NCBI GenBank assembly: GCA_963810925.1
Contig: CAWEPF010000010.1
Span: 47,407 to 111,406 of the forward strand
Origin: an uncultured Chloroflexia bacterium
Lineage (GTDB): Bacteria > Chloroflexota > Limnocylindria > QHBO01
Length of the DNA stretch: 64,000 nt
Direction: 5' to 3'
Shown: positions 55,219-64,000 of the stretch, piece by piece
Layout of the letters: every line of letters starts with the position of its first letter
Position numbering within the stretch: the stretch's first letter is position 1
Notes under the pieces: generated by a model
Database searches by the model: none
Seen by the model: the letters and a program-made list of their open reading frames with translations, nothing else
Told to the model about the DNA's origin: nothing
Program-made: the position numbers and the translations under genes

Positions 55219-56700
55219 ATGCGGCTGCGCGCGGAGGCGAAGGATCCGGCATCGGTGGAGGCCAACGTCCTCGCCGTTCCCATCTACAAGGAAGACGATC
55301 CGTTCGCGGATGACCTCGCCAACCTGGACGCCGCCGCCGGGGGCGTGATCCGCGAGGCGATTGACTGGGGCCGCTTCAACATCGCCGAGGACTACTTCGC
55401 GCTCGTGCCCGGCGGCGATCTTCCGGTCGAGCACATCCTGCTCGTGAACGGCGTGCGACGCGGCCGCGGGCCGTGGCGCGCACGGCGCATGGCTGGCGTG
55501 GCCACTCGCGCCCTCCAGGGCAAGGGCGCCCCGCGCATGGCTCTGTGGCTCCGTGACGGGGAGTCGGCGGACGCGGTCGAGGCCGCGGCGGTCGGTGCCG
55601 TGGGTGGGGGGTATCGGCCGATGGACCTGTACGGACGCGTTCGCGACACCGAGGCCATGAAGCGCAACGTCGAGGAGGTCGTGTTCCTCGGCGCGGATCA
55701 GGGCGTGTTGGACCGCGCGGCCCTCATCGCGGACGGCGTCGAGTGGTGCCGCGACCTCTCGAACCGCGCGGCGAACGACCTGTACCCCGAGAAGATGGCC
55801 GAGGAGGCCAGGGCCCTCGAGGCCGATGGCTGCACGGTCGAGGTGCTCCACGTCCCGGAGATGCGCCAGCTGGGGATGGGCGCGCTTCTCGGGGTGGGCC
55901 AGGGAGGCGAGCACCCGCCCTGCCTGATCGGGATCAAGCTCCCCGGCTGGGACAAGGCCACCGATAGGCGGCTCGCGATCGTGGGCAAGGGCGTGTGCTT
56001 CGACTCCGGTGGGCTGAGCCTGAAGCCCGCGGACAAGATGGAGGAGATGAAGCACGACAAGTCCGGGGCGGCGGCGGTGATCGCGGCGGCCCGGACGCTG
56101 GCCCGGATCGCCCCCGATGCGGCGGTCATGGCGGTGGCGCCCATGGTCGAGAACATGCCCGGCGGGCGTGCGCAGCGACCCGGTGACGTCGTGAAGGCCA
56201 TGAACGGGAAGACGATCGAGGTCACCAACACCGATGCGGAGGGGCGCCTCATCCTGGCCGATGCCCTCGCCTGGGCCGAGTCCCAGGGCGCGACCCACCT
56301 GGTGGACGTGGCCACCCTGACGGGTGCCGCGGCCATCGCATTTGGCGAGCTCATCAGCGCCTACTTCGCCAAGCCCCGCGAGTGGGGGAACGAGGTGCAT
56401 GCCGCGGCCGACGCCACCGGCGAGTGGGTCTGGGAGATGCCCCTCGCCACCGAATACCGACCGCAGCTCGACACCCCGTATGCCGACATCCTGAACAGCG
56501 GGTCGCGCGATGGGTCGCTCATCAAGAGTGCGCTGTTCATCCACGAGTTCGCGACCAAGCCCTGGGTCCACATGGACATCGCGGGAACGGCGTGGTCCAC
56601 CTCGGACAAGGCGACGTTCGCCAAGGGCGCGATCGGCGTGGGGGTCACGAGCCTCGTCCGGCTGGGCATGGAGTTCTCGTCCGGGGAGCGGGGCGCCTAA
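55219..56700 (+). CDS. pepA: leucyl aminopeptidase (M17)
   Basis: VGKGVCFDSGG and the NTDAEGRLILAD motif are present. Confidence 0.9.
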   Translation: MRLRAEAKDPASVEANVLAVPIYKEDDPFADDLANLDAAAGGVIREAIDWGRFNIAEDYFALVPGGDLPVEHILLVNGVRRGRGPWRARRMAGVATRALQGKGAPRMALWLRDGESADAVEAAAVGAVGGGYRPMDLYGRVRDTEAMKRNVEEVVFLGADQGVLDRAALIADGVEWCRDLSNRAANDLYPEKMAEEARALEADGCTVEVLHVPEMRQLGMGALLGVGQGGEHPPCLIGIKLPGWDKATDRRLAIVGKGVCFDSGGLSLKPADKMEEMKHDKSGAAAVIAAARTLARIAPDAAVMAVAPMVENMPGGRAQRPGDVVKAMNGKTIEVTNTDAEGRLILADALAWAESQGATHLVDVATLTGAAAIAFGELISAYFAKPREWGNEVHAAADATGEWVWEMPLATEYRPQLDTPYADILNSGSRDGSLIKSALFIHEFATKPWVHMDIAGTAWSTSDKATFAKGAIGVGVTSLVRLGMEFSSGERGA

Positions 56701-56702
56701 CC

Positions 56703-57359
56703 GTGCCCTGGCCAGCGGTCGCCGCCGCGGCGTTTGGTGCCGTGGGCGTGGCGGCCGAACGCGTCGCCAGCTTCTGGCCCGCCGCTGAAGCCCGCCACCG
56801 CGGACCGAGCTGGCGCACGGCGGCCATGGGACTGGCCGCAGGAGCGGCCGCCTTTGGGCTGACCACCCTGTCTCACCTGCCCATCTGGGCCCTGCTGATC
56901 CATCTCCTCATGCTGGGCCTGATGACCTTCCTCGTGGCCACCGACCTCGAGCAGCGGCGGCTGCCGCACCTGCTGCTCGACCCGCTGATCGTGGTCGCGG
57001 TGGGCTTCGCGTTCATCAATCCCGCCCTGGAGACGATCGCGACATTCGCCGGCGCCGCGGCCGCGGTCCTGTTTCTGGGGCTCCTGGCCCTCATCATCCG
57101 CGGGGGGATCGCGCTCGGTGACCTGTACCTGGCGGTGCCCATCGGTCTGACCCTGGGCTGGCCGCTCGTGTGGAGCGGCCTGTTCACCGGGGCGCTATTG
57201 ACCGCCGTGGTCAGCCTCTTCCTGATCGTGACCGGGCGGGTAGGCCTGAAGTCGTACATCGCCTTCGGTCCGTACCTGGTGGCCGGATACGTCATCACGC
57301 TCCTTCGGGAGGGCTCGCTGCTCGCTCCTTCGGTGACCGCGGCGCTGGGCCTCTCCTAG
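56703..57359 (+). CDS. A24-family prepilin peptidase-like membrane protease
   Basis: GTG at 56703. Polytopic, with two Asp motifs (VATDLEQRRLP and ALGDLYLA). Confidence 0.65.
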   Translation: MPWPAVAAAAFGAVGVAAERVASFWPAAEARHRGPSWRTAAMGLAAGAAAFGLTTLSHLPIWALLIHLLMLGLMTFLVATDLEQRRLPHLLLDPLIVVAVGFAFINPALETIATFAGAAAAVLFLGLLALIIRGGIALGDLYLAVPIGLTLGWPLVWSGLFTGALLTAVVSLFLIVTGRVGLKSYIAFGPYLVAGYVITLLREGSLLAPSVTAALGLS

Positions 57360-57404
57360 CCCTCCATTCGACCGAATTCGGGTCGGCTGGTACCCTTTCT
57401 GCCG

Positions 57405-60152
57405 ATGCATCCAGCCATGCAGCGGCGCCGTCGGCAGATGCTGACCCGCCGGAACTCTCGGCGCGGGTCCCAGCACCGAGGGCTCATCCTGGCGTTCCTT
57501 GTCGTCTTTGGCATCTTTGGGGTGCTGGTCGGCGGAACGGTGCTTGGCGCCGGTGCCGGAGCGCTCGTCGCCTACAACTACTTTGCGACCGGCCTTCCTG
57601 ACCCGCACCTCCTCGACTCGGTCCCGCTGCCGCAGTCGAGCCTGGTCTACGATCGCACCGGCACGGTCCTGTTGGCACGATTCGAATGCCAGAACCGCGA
57701 GTCGGTCACGTTCGACCAGATTCCATCGGTGGTCGTCAACGCGACGGTCGCGAGCGAGGACCAGACGTTCTGGACGAACAACGGCGTGGACTTCCCGGCC
57801 ATCGCCCGCGCCGCGTACGCCAACCTGCGAGCCGGTGGGATCGTCCAGGGTGCATCCACGATCACCCAGCAGGTCATCAAGTACGCCGGCTCCATCGCCC
57901 TCGCCCAGGAGGACACGGGCGACGCCATCGTCCTGCCCAGCCTCTCCGAGGACGGGGCCCAGGGGACGACCGATGAGGACGTCTGCCCGCCACCACGCCT
58001 GACCTTCCTCGAGGGGCGTGGATTCGAGGACAAGATCCGCGAGCAGATCATGGCCATGCAGGTCACCGCGGCATATCCCGGCCGCGAGGGCAAGGAGAAG
58101 ATCCTCGCCACGTACCTGAACCTGATCTTCTACGGCAACGGCTCGTACGGCATCAAGGCCGCCGCGGCGAACTACTTCGGCGTGAGCGACCTGGATGACC
58201 TGACCCTTGCCCAGTCCGCGTTCCTGGCGGCCCTCCCCAAGCGACCGAGCGCGCTGGACCCGTACCAGAACCCGAACGGACCGGTGGACGCCATGCGGGA
58301 GCGGGACACGGTCCTGTTCGGCATGCTCGGAGAGGGATACATCACCCTCGACGAGTACAACACCGCGAGCCGAACGACCTGGGAAGAGATGGGTCCCAGC
58401 CAGGTCGTGCACCCGCTGCTGGAGCCGCACTTCACGTTCCGCGTGCAGCGTGAGCTGGTCCAGATCCTGGCCGCCATGGGCGTCGCGGATCCCGAGCAGG
58501 CGGCCCGCACCGGGGGCTACACGGTTACGACCACCCTGGACTACCCCCTGCAGCAGTCGGCCCGCGCCGAAGTCCAGCTGTGGGTTGCGAAGCTGGGGGT
58601 GAAGAACGTCCACAACGGCGCACTGGTGGCCATCAACTCGGCCACCGGCGAGATCGTGGCCTACATCGGGAGCGTGGACTACAACAACCAGACCGATCCA
58701 CGGGTCCAGGGCCAGTTCGACGTGGCCGGCCTCGCGAGGCGACAACCGGGATCGGCCTTCAAGCCCATCGTCTACACCTCGGCCTTCAAGGCGCGGGTGG
58801 CCACCGTGTCCACCATGTTCGTGGACGCCATCACCAACTTCGGGAGCCCTTCGAACCCGTACCTGCCCTCGAACGCCGACATCAAGGAGCACGGCCCGCT
58901 GCTGGCCATGGACTCGCTCCATTTCTCGCTGAACGTTCCCTCGGTCCAGATGCAGGGCGTCGTCGGACCCGAGACCACCGCCCACTTGGCCGACGCGATG
59001 GGGATCGCGGGCTACGACTACATCATGGCCCAGGATCCGGGCCTGTCCCTGGGCTTGGGCACGGTGCCGGTCAACCTGACCAACTTCACCGCGGGATACA
59101 GCGTCTTCGCCCAGCAGGGAACACTGCACCCGGCCACCGCGATCAACGAGATCCGCGACCGGGACGGGAAGATCATCTACACCCGCGAGGCGAATGGCCC
59201 GGAGACGAGCAACCCCCTGTCTCCCGCGGAGGCATACCTGACCCACTGGATCATCGAGGGCAACACGAACCCGGCCGTGAATCCGCTGTGGGGGCCAACG
59301 GCGCGCCTGAACGATCCCAGCGGTGTTCGCCGCCACGCGGGGTTCAAGACCGGGACGACCGACGACTTCAAGGACGTCTCCGCCATGGGCTACATCCCGG
59401 GCAGCCTGACCGTGGGGGTGTGGATGGGCAACAACAACCAGGAGCCGATGTCCAATAGCTTCAGCGGGGGCCTCTTCTCGGCAGACGGCCCGCTCTTCCT
59501 GTGGCACGACTTCATGGACATCGCCATCAACCAGCCGTGGGACTGGAACGGTCACCAGGCCGTGCCGAACCAGGACTTCGCGATGCCCGCGGGCGTCCAG
59601 ATGGCGAAGGTTTGCCGGTTCAGCGGGATGAGCCCCGGCGGCGGCTGCGGGCAGACGATCACGGCCCCATTCCTGGAAGGCACTGTGCCGCCGGTGGACA
59701 ACGTCCACCACACCGACCAGTGGCATCCGCAGGGCTGCTTCGACATCGTCCAGTACGTGCAGCAGAACGGCCGGCCCGACCTGTGGGTCAGCGCCGCGGC
59801 AGGCTGGGTGGACCGCCAGAACAACGGAAAAGGTGCGACCGCCAAGAGCCCATACGGGGCTGCCCCGCTGCCCGGCACCGCCGGCTTCGGCGGCCCATTC
59901 TGCGGCAAGGTCCTGGCTACCCCCACCCCGCAGCCGACGTTCTGCTTCGGTGGCGGCCACAACCAGACATGCGTCCCAGTCCCGAGCTGTCCGCCGCTGC
60001 CGTTCCCGTGCTTCACGCCTCCTGGGGCACCGGTCACCTACACCGGCAGTCCGGCCATCAACGCCAGCTTCCTGGTCCCCGTCTTCGCGCTCCCGGTCTT
60101 GCTCGGCGCCGCGCCGTATCTGGCGCGCTTCGCCCGGCGTCGGCGTCGCTGA
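57405..60152 (+). CDS. class A penicillin-binding protein (glycosyltransferase plus transpeptidase)
   Basis: GT51 motifs (SEDQTFWTNNGVD, GASTITQQ). Transpeptidase motifs SAFKP and KTGTT. Confidence 0.9.
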   Translation: MHPAMQRRRRQMLTRRNSRRGSQHRGLILAFLVVFGIFGVLVGGTVLGAGAGALVAYNYFATGLPDPHLLDSVPLPQSSLVYDRTGTVLLARFECQNRESVTFDQIPSVVVNATVASEDQTFWTNNGVDFPAIARAAYANLRAGGIVQGASTITQQVIKYAGSIALAQEDTGDAIVLPSLSEDGAQGTTDEDVCPPPRLTFLEGRGFEDKIREQIMAMQVTAAYPGREGKEKILATYLNLIFYGNGSYGIKAAAANYFGVSDLDDLTLAQSAFLAALPKRPSALDPYQNPNGPVDAMRERDTVLFGMLGEGYITLDEYNTASRTTWEEMGPSQVVHPLLEPHFTFRVQRELVQILAAMGVADPEQAARTGGYTVTTTLDYPLQQSARAEVQLWVAKLGVKNVHNGALVAINSATGEIVAYIGSVDYNNQTDPRVQGQFDVAGLARRQPGSAFKPIVYTSAFKARVATVSTMFVDAITNFGSPSNPYLPSNADIKEHGPLLAMDSLHFSLNVPSVQMQGVVGPETTAHLADAMGIAGYDYIMAQDPGLSLGLGTVPVNLTNFTAGYSVFAQQGTLHPATAINEIRDRDGKIIYTREANGPETSNPLSPAEAYLTHWIIEGNTNPAVNPLWGPTARLNDPSGVRRHAGFKTGTTDDFKDVSAMGYIPGSLTVGVWMGNNNQEPMSNSFSGGLFSADGPLFLWHDFMDIAINQPWDWNGHQAVPNQDFAMPAGVQMAKVCRFSGMSPGGGCGQTITAPFLEGTVPPVDNVHHTDQWHPQGCFDIVQYVQQNGRPDLWVSAAAGWVDRQNNGKGATAKSPYGAAPLPGTAGFGGPFCGKVLATPTPQPTFCFGGGHNQTCVPVPSCPPLPFPCFTPPGAPVTYTGSPAINASFLVPVFALPVLLGAAPYLARFARRRRR

Positions 60153-60165
60153 GCCCCGGACCGGC

Positions 60166-61423
60166 GTGGCGGGTTCGGTCCTCACCCTCATCCTGGCCGG
60201 AGGCGAGGGTGAACGACTGTCGATCCTGTCCCAGGTCCGCGCCAAGCCCGGCGTTCCCTTCGGGGGCAAGTACCGGATCATCGACTTCGCGCTCTCGAAC
60301 GCGGTGAACTCCGGCCTGACCGATGTCGGGATCCTGACCCAGTACGCGCCCCGCTCGCTGATCGACCACATCGGGGTCGGCCGGCCGTGGGACCTCGACC
60401 GCAGCCGTGGGGGCGTGAGCCTCCTCCAGCCGTACCTCGGACGGGGACGGCGCCGGGACTGGTATCGCGGAACGGCCGACGCGGTCCGCCAGAACCTGGA
60501 CTTCATTGCCGACCGCGACCCGGAGCTGGTCCTCGTCCTGGCCGGGGACCACGTCTACAAGATGGACTTCCGCCCGTTCATCGCCCTCCACCGCTCACGG
60601 GGCGCGGACCTCACGGTCGCCGTCCGGACGGTGCCCCTGGCCGAGGCTGATCGGTTCGGGATCCTGGAGCTGGGAGACGGCGGTCGTGTCACGCGGTTCG
60701 TCGAGAAGCCACCCCGCCCCACTTCGAACCTGGTGAGCATGGGGGTCTACGCCTTCAACTGGCCCCTCCTGCGCGAGGTCCTCTCCGCCGAGCGGCTGGA
60801 CTTCGGGCGCGACGTCCTCCCCGCCATGGTGGAAGGCGGTCGCGGCGTGTACGCCTACGAGTACCGCGGCTACTGGCAGGACATCGGGACGGTGGACGCG
60901 TACTGGCAGGCGAGCATGGACCTCGCTCCGCGAGAACCCGCCCATGGACCTGTACGAGACCGGCTGGCTCATCTACACCCGGAGCGAGGAGCGGGCCCCG
61001 GCCCGGATCGGCGCGCACGCGACCGTGACGCAGAGCATGATCAGCCATGGTTGCGTGATAGAGGGGTCGGTCGATCACAGCATCCTGTCGCCGGGCGTGC
61101 GGGTGGGCGCCGGGGCGGTCGTGCGTGACTCGATCGTGATGTTCGACACCGAGATCGGTCCGGGCGCGATCGTCGACCGGGCGATCGTGGACAAGGAGGT
61201 CGTCATTGGCGCCCATGCGCGGGTGGGGGATGGGAACGTCCTCCGACCGAACCGGAGCGAGCCGGAACGCCTGTTCAGCGGCCTCACCCTGGTCGGCAAG
61301 CAGGCCCGGGTGCCGGCGCAGGCCCGGATCGGCCGGAACTGCCGGATTGACCCATACGTGACCGAAGCTGACTTCCCCCGTCGCCGCGTGGCGGCCGGGG
61401 ACACGGTGGCCCACGCTGGCTGA
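60166..61423 (+). pseudogene. glgC: glucose-1-phosphate adenylyltransferase with one +1 frame change near 60924
   Basis: LILAGGEGERLS and FGGKYRIIDFALSN lie in frame 1. From MDLYETGWLIYTR onward the left-handed beta-helix C-terminus is in ORF 60944..61423. Confidence 0.85.
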
Positions 61424-61439
61424 CCCACGCGTCGCCGAG

Positions 61440-61970
61440 GTGGCGCCGCCCATCGATGCCTGGCTGGACGAGCTTGGACTCGTGCCGGTGGGCAGCACGT
61501 CCGCGCCGGAGGGGCTGGCCTGGAGCCGCGACGTGGTCCTCGACGGGGAGCGGCGGTTCGATCTGCGGGTCACGATCGCGTGGGCCGCGGGGATGGGCAT
61601 CCACCTGTGGGGCTACTACGGGCTGGACGGCATGGAGATCCCGCGTCGAACGCTGCTGCGCCTGCTGGGCGCAAACGCCGACTATCCGTTCGTGAAGTTC
61701 GCGATCACCGATGAAGACCGACCGATGCTCATGACCGAGCTGCCACCCATCGCGGTCGACCGCGATGAGCTCGGCCGGGCCCTGACCCGCATCGTCGTCG
61801 TGGCCGACCGGCTCGTGACCGAGACGGCGCGTGCCATCGCCGATCGCGGGCGGCTGCCGGACTGGTCGGGCCGCACGACCCGTAATCCGCAGCTCCTGGC
61901 CCGCTACCGGGCCGACGTCGAGGCGGCCATGCCCGAGTGGCAGGCGCCCGAGCCGGTCGCCGCCCGATGA
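61440..61970 (+). CDS. YbjN-like (putative sensory-transduction/chaperone-like) protein
   Basis: 176 aa. The assignment is by general resemblance only. The stop overlaps the next start (ATGA). Confidence 0.4.
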   Translation: MAPPIDAWLDELGLVPVGSTSAPEGLAWSRDVVLDGERRFDLRVTIAWAAGMGIHLWGYYGLDGMEIPRRTLLRLLGANADYPFVKFAITDEDRPMLMTELPPIAVDRDELGRALTRIVVVADRLVTETARAIADRGRLPDWSGRTTRNPQLLARYRADVEAAMPEWQAPEPVAAR

Positions 61971-63908
61971 CCGTGTTGCGCGGGATGCGCCTGCTTCTCG
62001 CCGTGCTGGTAGCCGTTGCGGCGCTGACCCTCCCCGCAAACCGCGTCGCCGGGGCGGAGTACACGATGGTCACCGCCGCCACGTACGCCGTGGATCCGGC
62101 CGCGGCCAAGATTGCGATCACGGTCGAGATCGACTTCGCGAACACGTTCCAGGCGCCATCGGGCCAGGTGAGCATGTTCAAGGAGATCCGCCTCGCCATC
62201 CACGACCATGCCGCGGCGGTGGCCGCCCACGACGCCACGGGCGCGCTCAATGCGGCTGTCGCGGTCGCCAGCGGGGTGAACGTGGTCACCATCACCCTCC
62301 GCACCCCGGTCCAGTACAACCAGTCTGCCCACCTCACCCTGACCTACGAGCTGCACGCCGGCGACGACCCGACGATCCGGATCGGGGACCACCTGGTGAC
62401 CTTCCCGGCCTGGGGGTTCGGCACGGCGAGCAGGGTCGTGATCACGATCCCGGCCGACTTCGAGGTCCGTGTCGACGGCGACACGCTCGAGGCGACGACC
62501 GAGGGCGACGTGACCACCCTCGACAGCGGCGCGATCGCCAGCCCGGTGGCGTGGCTGGCCCACATCGGTGCAACGCGGCAGCCCACGTACGACACGATTC
62601 AGCAGGCCGTTCCGCTCCAGGGCGGCACGGCCGACGTCCAGGTCCGGCACTGGACCGATGACCCCGAATGGGGCCAGGCGACGATGGACCTCCTCGTCGA
62701 GGCCCTTCCCCTGCTCGAACAGGCCTTTGGGCTGCCGTATCCAGCGCCCGGGCCGCTGGTGGTCACCGAATCGGTGAGCGGCGGCGGGCTCGGCCAGGAG
62801 CCGGCCGACGGCGAGCTGGCCATCGGCTTCGCGGAGCCACCGTTCACCCTGCTCCACCAGACGGCCCACGTGTGGGCGAATGACGCGCTCGCGTCGGACC
62901 GGTGGATCACCGAGGGTCTGGCGTCCTGGGCCGCCGCCCAGGCCGCGGCCGAGATGGAGGTCGCCCTCCCGTACGACCCGGCCAAGGTCACGACCGACAA
63001 TGCGGCCCAGGCATTCCCGCTGGCCGAGTGGTCGGCCGAGGACCGATCGGCCGCCGCCGATGCCTGGGGCTACGCGGCGTCCTGGGCGGTGACCAACCAG
63101 GTGGTCGAGCTGATCGGTGCCGAGAACCTGCGCCTGGCGCTGCGTCGGATCGCCGCCGGGCTGGATGGGTACGACGCGGTGGCCGAGGTGCCCGACCCGA
63201 CGTCGTCACCGGCGCCGGTGGACTCGCGTGCGCTACCTCGATCAGCTCGACGCGGTGTCCGATGCGGCGGTCGTGGAGGCGATTGCCCCCGCGGTCCTGG
63301 GCGACGGCAGCGCCGTGGAGCTCGCCGCCCGGACCGAGGCGCGGACCGCGCATGACGCCCTCCTCGTGCGCTCTGGTGGCTGGGGTGACCCCGATCCCGT
63401 CCGGGCGGCCATGGTCGAATGGCGCTTCGTGGACGCGATGGCCGAGATGGCGTCCGCGACCACGTGGCTCGACGCACGGGACGAGCTGTTGGCCGACATC
63501 GAGGCGGCGGGCCTGACACCACCGGAGCGCCTGATGACCGTCTACGTGACCGACGGCGGAGGCGCGGCGGCCCAGGCCGAGATTGCCGCCGAGGCAGCAG
63601 TGGTGGCGGCCTACAACGACGTGTCCGCGACGCTGGACGAGGGCCTCGGCCCGGTCGCCCGGATCGGGCTCATGATCGGGCCCAGCCCGGAAGAGCGGCT
63701 GGACACCGCAGCCGGCTACTTCGCCTCGGGCGACCTGCGCGCGGCGGCCGACGAGCTGGCGAGCCTGCACCAGGACATCGGCAATGCCACGGCCGCGGGA
63801 CTGGTGCGGATCGTCGCCCTCGCGGCGGCGACCGGTGCGGTGATCGTGCTGATCTCGATCTGGCTTCGCCGACGGCGCCCACCCACCGACTACACTCCCG
63901 ACCCATGA
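61967..63908 (+). pseudogene. secreted, C-terminally anchored M1/gluzincin-like protein with HQxxH in place of HExxH, and one +1 frame change near 63230
   Basis: Signal peptide. LLHQTAHVWAN...WITEGLASW lies at 62855-62925. The C-terminal part (RYLDQLDAVS...TM anchor) continues in ORF 63117..63908. Confidence 0.65.
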
Positions 63909-64000
63909 CGCCGGAGGACGCGGTCGAGCGGTTCGCGGCCAGCGAAGAGGTGCTGACCGGGCAAACCGCGGACGTGTACTTCGAGCGGGCCCACGCCATT
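63905..64000 (+). CDS. nicotinate phosphoribosyltransferase-like protein, N-terminal fragment (runs off the window)
   Basis: The ATG overlaps the upstream stop (ATGA). TADVYFERA resembles the N-terminus of archaeal-type NAPRTases. Only 32 codons are visible. Confidence 0.4.
   Translation, partial: MTPEDAVERFAASEEVLTGQTADVYFERAHAI

Noticed and set aside
57195-60506. 1103-aa ORF on the minus strand opposite the PBP gene. Similar long antisense ORFs occur at 2566-4212, 4545-6449, 34986-37175, 36179-38812 and 44170-46677.
   Set aside because: These ORFs are Arg/Gly/Pro/His-rich with no recognisable motifs. Each lies exactly antisense to a gene with strong homology. Long open antisense frames are expected in very GC-rich DNA.
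6345-63908. Programmed ribosomal frameshifting as an explanation for the frame changes
   Set aside because: No slippery heptamers or downstream pseudoknot-like structures occur at the sites. The affected genes are not known to use recoding. The sites are short G/C runs, consistent with indels.
1-64000. Mobile elements, prophage, integrons, tRNA or rRNA genes, CRISPR arrays
   Set aside because: No integrase, transposase, recombinase or phage structural homologs appear among the ORFs. Intergenic gaps are too short, and none shows tRNA-like T-arm or acceptor features. No repeat-spacer arrays were seen.

Overview
Very GC-rich (judged by eye, not computed), densely packed chromosomal core segment from a monoderm, Actinomycetota- or Chloroflexota-like bacterium. 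It holds about 65 protein genes, and many are translationally coupled by ATGA, GTGA or TGATG stop/start overlaps. Blocks in order: proC; a GDP-mannose block (manC, DUF374, phosphohexomutase, PGI/PMI); a SWIM mini-protein; a cobalamin riboswitch driving a BtuFCD-like uptake operon; AI-2E transporter and trpS. Next comes a long same-strand run: birA, ECF sigma, anti-sigma, accD, accA, a Lys-less BCCP-like gene, accC, fabZ, fabF, accB, fabH, fabG. Then sodN-sodX (Ni-SOD), deoC, nitrobindin, an ECF sigma coupled to ogt, two tandem ALDH genes, and mgtE behind an M-box-like leader with a terminator. After that: a CGNR regulator next to an AT-rich divergent promoter region with a small ORF; polX; a two-gene operon (TPR/acidic-tail protein plus a 943-aa Zn-ribbon methyltransferase-like protein); csoR; a DUF255 thioredoxin-domain gene; yjbQ; an LCP gene. 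The last part is a purine-nucleoside block (two adenosine deaminase paralogs flanking a BMP-type ABC importer, with PIG-L deacetylase and Mrp/ApbC genes between add1 and the importer), then HAD-IIA, pepA, an A24 peptidase, a class A PBP, glgC, a YbjN-like gene, an M1-like pseudo-peptidase and the start of a NAPRTase gene. I saw no rRNA, tRNA, CRISPR array, transposase, integrase or prophage genes. About 15 single-base frame disruptions fall in 8 otherwise clearly homologous genes, mostly at short homopolymers. They are either assembly indels or real gene decay. The items most worth follow-up are the TPR plus degenerate-methyltransferase operon (35.9-39.7 kb), the Lys-less BCCP paralog inside the acc cluster, the domain-deleted ALDH paralog, and the ECF sigma/ogt pair.
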